Shown: piece by piece, positions 54,835 to 64,000 of the stretch | Layout of the letters: every line of letters starts with the position of its first letter | Position numbering within the stretch: position 1 is the stretch's first letter | Source: Octopus vulgaris | Lineage: Eukaryota | Assembly (NCBI GenBank): GCA_951406725.2 | Contig: OX597817.1 | Coordinates: 60,326,001 to 60,390,000 of the forward strand | Length of the DNA: 64,000 nt | Direction: 5' to 3' | The notes under the pieces: generated by a model | What the model saw: only the letters and a program-made list of their open reading frames with translations | What the model was told of the DNA's origin: nothing | The model's database searches: none | Translations under genes and position numbers: made by a program

Positions 54835-55430
54835 ACATATATACAGGTAAGCTCATAAGTACAAAACAAGGTGGAAAAATAGTACTCGAATACTGAAGGT
54901 AGAGTATTATGCTTTCTTTTGATGTTGACTGAATGTTTGATTTTTATCACTCTCGGTACATGTTTTTGGGGACACGGAAAGCCAACGGTTGTTCTGTGTG
55001 TTTACTATCTGTTCGTATTGGAGCTTCCGGTGGGAATGCCAAGCAGTACAGAATGCTGGTTCCAAATTTCTGGCAGGGTAAGTTGCGTCATGTTGCTGTT
55101 TGTCTCACAGACGGTGCCCAACTGGTCCTACTATACTGTGTAGTCAACAAAATCGAAAACAAACAATGGCAAGTTACACATCGCATCCTGTATATATATT
55201 CTTTTATTCTTTTTTGTTTCAGTCATTTGAGTGCGGCCATGCTGGAGCACCGCCTTTAGTCGAACAAATCGACCCTAGGACTTATTCTTTGTAAGCCTAG
55301 TACTTATTCAATCGGTCTCTTTTGTCGGACCGCTAAGTTACGGGAACGTAAACACACCAACATCGGTTGTCAATCACACACACACGACAAACATATTTCA
55401 ACTAACCTAAAAAGTGCTTTGTGCACTTAC

Positions 55431-55477
<47 letters not shown>

Positions 55478-55577
55478 TTCTCTTGATAAACAGTTCTATC
55501 CTTATATATATAATAAATTAATTTTACTCTGCTATGTATTGAGTACCTTATTGTGGTTAACCCCGTCAACCGGGACC

Positions 55578-55694
<117 letters not shown>

Positions 55695-56989
55695 ATACAT
55701 GGTATATATATATGGATGTATGTATGCGTGTTTGTGTGTGTATTTATGTATAAAGACAATCTATAAATTAGATTACGTTTAGCCTTTAGTAATAACGAAC
55801 GCATTGACTATTGTGTAGTAATAAAAACAAAAGACTATAACGACTTCGCTGTTTTTCTTTTCTTTCACAAAGTGATCCAAGTATCAGTTGGCCGTCGCTC
55901 ATGCGCAGATATAATTAACACATTGGATGGAATATAATCGCGTTTGAAGTCGATGGACAAGAAAATTCCGACAGCTGTTGGCAATGATTAGTTCTGGGCT
56001 GCGATGCTGGCTGCGAAACAAATTAAACTTACAAGTTAGAAAATACACGATGGCAGGCACAGCTTCTAACAAACAAAATTACGCATTTCCGTTGCAAAAT
56101 CATTCTTGTGCTACACAAACGAAACTTTCTTTAATACATAGATTCCGTGAAGATTTTCTTTGATTTTTAAGCTTTTAAGTGCTAAAAATACGTAGACCAT
56201 AATGCAAGAAGCAAGGTCTTTAATGAGTTAATTTTCATAAGCGCCAAGATTTTGATTTGTAATAGCAATTTGTGTATCATGCTAAAAGCAGATACATCGT
56301 TGAAAACCTTGTAAACTGCGCTACTTGTCTCGAGAAAGCATCTTTTATAGACGTATCCTATTAAATAGTACAAAAATATATCAACAGAAGACTAAAGTCG
56401 TCTATCAGCGGCAATGGCATTGCTAAATACGTATTCCTGCCTCTTTGGGCTTTCTTTATTCATGGAAAACTTTATTTGCTTTGCTAAATCTATGAATAAA
56501 CTCATGGTTGTCCTCAAAATTCCATTCATACAAAATCGTACTCGTAGCGTGCTGATACACTGAATTCACTAATGCATAAGTGCACACACACACACGCTTA
56601 CATAAACCGTGATCTTTTGCTTTAAGAACATTTAACTGAAGGACTGAGAAGGAAACAAAATGAAATGAAGAACGTACAAAAACGAATTTCGAGTCAGCGA
56701 AATGAATGAGCAAATGCTTAAATGTAGTTTATAAATCACCATTACTATAGGTTTCTGTTTTCACGTCTCGGCAGAGCATAATGAAGTTAATTTATGAAGG
56801 TAGCATCACACAAGAAAATAACACATTTGTTATAGAAAACAGAAGGAAGATACATAAAAAAAAACATCAGAAATTGGCAATTCCTTTCAAATGTCTCTCT
56901 CTATTGTAAACTTTCTAATAAATAATATTTTTGTTTACACTTCAAAATGAGTTGCCAATTTGCAAATTACTTTTACATTTATCGTTATA

Positions 56990-57079
<90 letters not shown>

Positions 57080-57431
57080 CATATATATATATGTATATAT
57101 GTATATCTATATATATATATGTAAATAAACACATATATATATATATATGTATACCTACACACATACAAACATATATATATATATATATATATACATACAT
57201 ACACACACACATATATACGACGGGCTTCTTTCAGTTTCTGTCTACCAAATCCACTCACAAGGCTTTAGTCAACCTGGGGCTATAGTAGAAGACATTTGCC
57301 CAAGGCGCCACGCAGTAAGACTGAACCCGAAACCATGGGGTAGGGAAGCAAGCTACTTACCACACAGTCATTCCTACGTCTATACACACACACACACATG
57401 TGCCTATATACACATTGTAATAACAATAATG

Positions 57432-57643
57432 GCTTCAAATTTTGTTAGAAGGCCACCAATTTCGGGGGAGGATGTACGTCAATTACATCAACCCCAGTGA
57501 GTAACTGGTACTTATTTCATCGACCTCGAATGAATAAAAGACAAAGTCATTATCGGCGGAATTTGAACTCAGAATGTAGCGACGGGTGAAATACCGCTAT
57601 GCATTTCGTGCAGCGTGCAAACAATTCTGCCAGCACGCCGCCT
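57432..57643 (-). mobile_element. SINE family B
   Basis: Reverse copy of the family B head and body. Confidence 0.8.
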
Positions 57644-57911
57644 TACCGCATTAATAATAACTCCTCCAGAAGATATAGAGTCAGAATTAAAAGGAGAGTG
57701 CCATTGTCATCTTGTGAACTATATTGGGACATCTTGTGTGTCTTCAACAGGTTCAAAAAATAATTTTGTCAATTTACTTCATTTTGGTTAATATATAAAG
57801 GATTGAGGTAACGCCTCCAGAAGACACACAAGATGAAGACACAAGATGTCGAAATATCGTTCACTAGATGACAATGACACTCTTCTCTTAAATAATAATA
57901 ATAATAATAAT

Positions 57912-58005
<94 letters not shown>

Positions 58006-58415
58006 TGATACAGGGAGACGATGTAGGAAGTGTACTGAAAGGCAAGAAACAATACACAATGGACGAAGACAGCCTTATTCCTTCACCAGTCATCGACCAA
58101 ATGTTAAAGCCATTTCGTCATCTTTTTGATAATTTTGTTCTATTTGTGCCGGTAGCAGAAACAAGCAGCGGGAGAATAAAAGAACGGACGTTGAAGATGA
58201 GCACGAAAAGATAAGACTAGTTAAGGAGCAAGAAAACAACGAGGTCGAGCGAGATAGAGAGAGAGATAGATAGATAGATAGAGAGTGAGAGAGAGAGAGA
58301 GAATGATAGATAGATAAAGAAAGAGAGAGAAAGAGAGAGAACTTCTGTTCAATTTTCTATCACTTATTTTAGTTTTGATTCTTTTTGCATTGGGACCCCT
58401 TCACATCGAAGACCG

Positions 58416-58474
58416 GTGATTGTCGTGCGCTGACGACGGGTAAATATTCAGAAACCCGGTTCCGTGCGTATCAC
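58416..58474 (+). ncRNA. Type I hammerhead-like motif with canonical core
   Basis: CTGACGA at 58430-58436, wobble-rich stem II GGGT/ATTC, GAAA at 58451, near-palindromic ACCCGGT and TTC triplet. Stem I GTGCG/CGTGC is extended by GTGAT/ATCAC. Confidence 0.6.
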
Positions 58475-58904
58475 ATCAGGTCGACGATGGGAAGGATGGC
58501 TTCCCTTTGCAAATACTGATAGGGCACAGAAAGTGTGTCAACAGCAGCTGGAGATGTTCTCCTGGGGTTACAAGCTACAGTAGCATCCACCCTTAGTGGT
58601 TAGCCACATTTAAGTGGTAAATATACTTCACATTGTCAGCGCTAGGATTCCGATATAATATATTGTGTTCATATCGATAAAATAAAAAATATTGATAACG
58701 TATATTCATTACAAATCTGCAAGCACGAAACTTGCTTTATTAGATTATATTTTAAGGTAATGTTTTCTTTTCAAAATTAGTGTTCATTTTATCATTCTTT
58801 TATAAGCACCGAGAGATTTGGTAGAAATAGTAGTGAATTCTTTGAACGCGTATTTTCTCATATTATCCATGGTGGCAAAAGTACACGTCCAAAGTTACTC
58901 GTCA

Positions 58905-59069
<165 letters not shown>

Positions 59070-59070
59070 C

Positions 59071-59123
<53 letters not shown>

Positions 59124-59857
59124 ATATCTATCTATCTACCTACCTACCTACCTACCTACCTACCTACCTGCATATCTGCCCACCTACATATCTTTCTCTT
59201 TCTCTCTCTCTCTCTCCCTCACTGTTTATGTGTGTCAACATGTTTCTCTTATGAATCTGAGGAGAGGGAAATTGTTTAGGCCAATTATATTCAGTCAATT
59301 TATTGTAATCTCTCTTTCCCCCTGCCCGTTTCCTATTCTCTCTATTTGTGTGTATATTACTCCGTGCCCATGTGTGTGTGTATATATATGTGTGCGTGTG
59401 TGTATGTGTGTGTATTTGTATGTGCATGTGCGTGTGTGTTTGTATGTGTGAGTGTGCCCTTGAATCCATCGCCAAAATGTACTGTGGACAAAACACGTTG
59501 AATGTCCGGTCAGGCGTGCCGAATCTTCAGCGTCGAAACAGCTGCGCCCAATAATCTCATTTCGCATACGTTTAAACGCGCATTCATATACATTCCATAC
59601 TCGTATATAATATGTAGCTGTGGAGATGAAAAAAAATTGTTAAATAGATAAGGCACAAAGAAAACCCAAAAAAACCTTCAAGAAACACGTAGATTTACTA
59701 TATAATATTTATTCCTATTGTGTAAATGTATCTCTATATACATACATATATATATGTATATGTATATGTATATTCATACATGCATACATACATACATATA
59801 TATATATATACGTATATCTGTATATATATATGTATATACATACATACATACATACAT

Positions 59858-59928
<71 letters not shown>

Positions 59929-60036
59929 TACCTACATAAATTCATAAGTAAATACAAGTATACACATATGTATTATGTATATATGTCTGAGTGTGTGTAT
60001 ATATATATTTCATACATAACAGTATATATGAATATA

Positions 60037-60164
<128 letters not shown>

Positions 60165-61546
60165 TACATATGTATGCATGCGTGTATGAACATGCATGTA
60201 GCTGTGTGTGTGTGTGTGGGTGTGTCTGTGTGTGTGTGTTAGAGCTTCTAGGAATTTATTGCAGCGTGACGGCTTAGGTTATCGTCGCTTGACGTCATAT
60301 CGTGGCAGAGAGTATTCGAGAGAAGGAGAAACCCTGTTAATAGTAAATACGAGAGAACAATTTGTGTACCCGTATGTGCACTCAGAAAGTATGTACACGT
60401 TCACGCCCATAGCTAAACTGCGCGCGCGCGCACACACATACACACGCACACACACGCATACACACACACACACGCACACAGAAAGACAGAGAGAGAGAAA
60501 GAGAAAGAGAGAGAGAGAGAATGAGTGAGAGAGAAAGTGTGTGTGTGTGTGTGTGTGTGTGTGAGATAGAGAGAGAGGCTCACATTTATTCCCCACCATA
60601 TATACCGGTATTTATATATTCACACATGCATATACACATGCTTACAATACACACACATTCACATGTATATTCATATATGTACATATATATGCATTTAGGA
60701 GTATTTACAGATTATACATGCACGTATGTATTTATATATACACATATTCATACATATGCTTGTATATGTATGGATCTACATACATACATGCATACATACA
60801 TACATACATACATACATACATACATACATACATACATGCATACATAATACATACATACATGCATACATACATACATACATACGTACATACATACATACAT
60901 ACACACATATATATATATGGATGTATATATGAATATTTACAAATATGTACGTATGCATATGTATGTATATATACCCATATACCAATATATATATATGCTT
61001 ATGTATGCATGTATATATGTGCACACACGCACACACGCACACACACATACATATTTACACAACGCGCACACTGACATATTTATATAAATGTATGTGTACG
61101 CGCGCGCGCGCGTGTGTGTGTGTGTGTGTGAGATTGTGTGTATAGATGGCGCAATACGTTTCCTGTGTCATTGGCACAACTCATCGCAATATCATTTTCT
61201 CAAAATATCTCACTGCCAGGCCTTCTCATTGACTTCCCTCCAGTTGGCAACCTATCCGCATGTCATAATCATGTTGTTTGTTTATAAATATGTAGGTTTA
61301 TATTCTCTCTCTCTCACTCTCGCCATCTCTCCCTTTCACTCCCTTTGTCTATCTATACTTCTCTCGAAACGTCTTATTGTCTTTCTGTTCTATATTTGCT
61401 GCGTGGTATAGTAACGTGGTACTATTGGCAAATCCACTGCTTTTTTTTTTTTTTTAACGATTTTGTCCCAAACAGGGCTTAAGGCCACTGTGGCGTAAAG
61501 GACTAGAGAGGGGCGATAAAGAAATGGCCTACAAATTCTAAAGATG

Positions 61547-61745
61547 TCAAATGGCAGAAAGATAAAAGGACTGAATATCACAGACCAGAGGAACACAAGA
61601 TGATGGTAGGGAATTCCGGAGAGAAGCAGTTTGAGGAAATAAGCTATTTCGAATAAGAAGACTTATGACTGACAAGAAGGAAGCTAAACAGAGAAATGAT
61701 ATGCTTGGGACGATAGGTGTTGACAGAGGGTACCAGATCAGAAAG
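61547..61745 (-). pseudogene. CR1/Jockey-type LINE 3' remnant
   Basis: NSLFPQTASLRNSLPSS..DIQSF resembles the SFFPRT..WNSLP C-terminal motif. Confidence 0.5.
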
Positions 61746-61747
61746 TC

Positions 61748-62005
61748 CATCTGGCCTGTTTGCTCTTGAGAGAAGTTTTGGTGGAAATGTTCCATTTTTA
61801 TTCCTTCTTTTGATGTTTATGCATGTATTCAAGAACAGGGCGATTTTCTGCATTCGTCTCAGCACAGTCCTTTTTTTTTTTTTGTCGGATGGCATTGTTT
61901 ATTGTTTTAGCGACAAAATCAAGTCGTATTGGGAGGCAGTACCTGGATGCCATTTTTGGGCAGCTGCTGTTCACATGTGTGACTTCATCCAGAGTAATAT
62001 TCGGT
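61748..62005 (-). pseudogene. R4-clade fragment related to 12062-13519
   Basis: THVNSSCPKMASRYCLPIRLDFVAKTI..WNISTKT..NRPD parallels SSCPKMSSRY..NRPD of the 12 kb element. Confidence 0.7.
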
Positions 62006-62025
62006 TGCATCTTGGTGCTCGTAAA

Positions 62026-62059
<34 letters not shown>

Positions 62060-62205
62060 TGTGTGTGTGTGTTTGTGTGTGTGTATACACACGTATATAT
62101 GTATAAATATCTTTATGTATATACACACATATATATCAATATACACATATACATACATACGTATATATATACATACATATATACATACATACATACATAC
62201 ATACA

Positions 62206-62272
<67 letters not shown>

Positions 62273-62435
62273 GTATATACGTATCTATCCTTCATTCTAT
62301 CTATTTTTATGTGTGTATGTAAGTATGGATTTGAGCATTCTTAGTGAGGTGAAGGTATTTGGTGTTTGTTGCGCTTTGAAACATTGAAGTCGCACGCGTA
62401 ATCCTATTTACCTTACATACAACAAGCACACATAT

Positions 62436-62480
<45 letters not shown>

Positions 62481-62817
62481 TACACAGATGTATATATATA
62501 TATAGAGAGAAAGTTAGATAGAGAGACAGGTAGAAGTTCAACTAAAAAAAGATATGTAAACAACATTACGACATCACATTTCAGTCACACTTGAAAATTC
62601 CATCTGTTTATATTCCATAAAAACTAATTATAACAGCATCATTATCAACAACAACAACAACATCATCATCCCGAACAACAGTTATAACTACAGCAGCATC
62701 AGTTACAAAATCAACAGCAACAACAACAACAACAACAACATCAAAGGCAACAACATGAAGAAGAATGTTATCAATGACAGCAACAGATTAACAATAACGC
62801 TAAAAAGGGCTTCGGAT

Positions 62818-63345
62818 TTTTGGCACAAGGCCAGCACTTTTGAGGGTAGGGGGTCTAGTCGTTTACATCGACCTCAGTCTTCAACTGATACTTTATTTTA
62901 TCCATCTCAAAAGGATGAAATGCTAAGTTGATATCGGTTGTGTTTGAACTCAGAACGAAAAGATTTGGAAGAAATGCCGTTAAGCATTTTGTTCGACGCG
63001 CTGACGATTCCGCCATCTCGCTGCCTTGTAATAGTAGTAATCCCTTAGGTACAAGGCCTGAAAGTTGATGGGGCAGGGTGTGGGGGGTTAAGTGGATGAC
63101 ATCGAAATCAGCTCAACTGCTTCTAATCAATAATAGGAATAACATCGGTTTCAAATTTAGGCAGAAATCCAGGAAGTTCGGCGGGGTGGGGGTGGGGGTA
63201 AGTGGATTACCTCGTACCCCCCCCCCCCCACTGTGTTCAGCTGGTACTTATTTTAGCGACCCGGAAAAGAATGAAAGGCAAAGGCAAAGTAGACGGATTT
63301 CGAGCTCAGAAGGTAAGAACGGAGAAAATGGCGCCGAGCATTTTC
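62818..63345 (-). mobile_element. SINE family B copies and fragments
   Basis: One diverged copy at 62818-63026 plus partial copies to about 63345. Confidence 0.7.
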
Positions 63346-63790
63346 CTGGTCTGCTGATGTGGATAAGTCCATGAGGTCAATCTGCTTCCAAGAAATAACA
63401 GCCAAATATCTCTTAAAAATTTGAAGAACGCATTTGATAATTTACTGTTGTGCCAGCTTTGCTTATTTCTCATTCTAAATATTACCTTAGTTTAGACGTA
63501 AAGATTCTGTTACCGCGTTTGTAAATTTATAATGTTAATTAATTAAATTTAGGAGATAAATGAGTCTCCTAATAACTGCTGTATTCGTCACAGGAGAACA
63601 ACTTCTTTACAACGAGTATGTGTTCATAACATACTCGACTCATAACTACAAGGGATTCTGGGACAGCTGATGTTTCGATATCGTTGTGACTCGTTAGCCA
63701 GTAGATGACATCACTCGCATTCTCACATTCTCCTACAGTTCTTCACGCTAAGTTACAGACACGTAAAAGAACCAACATCAGTTGCCAAGC

Positions 63791-63828
<38 letters not shown>

Positions 63829-63957
63829 CGTGTATGTGTATAACATATGTATATATATATATACATACACACACACATATATATATATATACATATATAT
63901 ATACATACATACATATATATATCTATATATATATATTTGTGTATGTGTGTGTGTGTG

Positions 63958-64000
<43 letters not shown>

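Noticed and set aside
57846-58214. 122 aa ATG-initiated ORF
   Set aside because: Its length is inflated by (AAT)n and it has no recognisable domain.

Overview
This is eukaryotic, AT-rich, non-genic DNA dominated by microsatellites and transposon remnants. The repeat landscape resembles octopus/cephalopod genomes; that is recognition from memory, not a search result. I cannot support any host protein-coding gene, and almost all ORFs in the track are translated microsatellites. Supported elements: a near-intact Tc1/mariner transposon with DD38D spacing (13913-15302); two R4/Dong-clade LINE 3' ends embedded in (TAA)n and (CATA)n arrays; a Penelope-like GIY-YIG fragment with its terminal repeat; a Helitron with a PIF1 helicase fragment and extra 5' ends; an internally deleted L1/Tx1-like LINE; RTE, CR1-like and maT-like fragments; three tRNA-type SINE families; and several fold-back palindromes. 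The most notable signals are a dispersed set of short, mostly (TA)n-tailed elements carrying minimal hammerhead-ribozyme motifs with non-canonical cores, and the apparent partitioning of microsatellite types among element families, including a possible TAA-to-CATA target switch in an R4-clade LINE. All family assignments come from manual motif reading, and approximate boundaries may be off by tens of bases.
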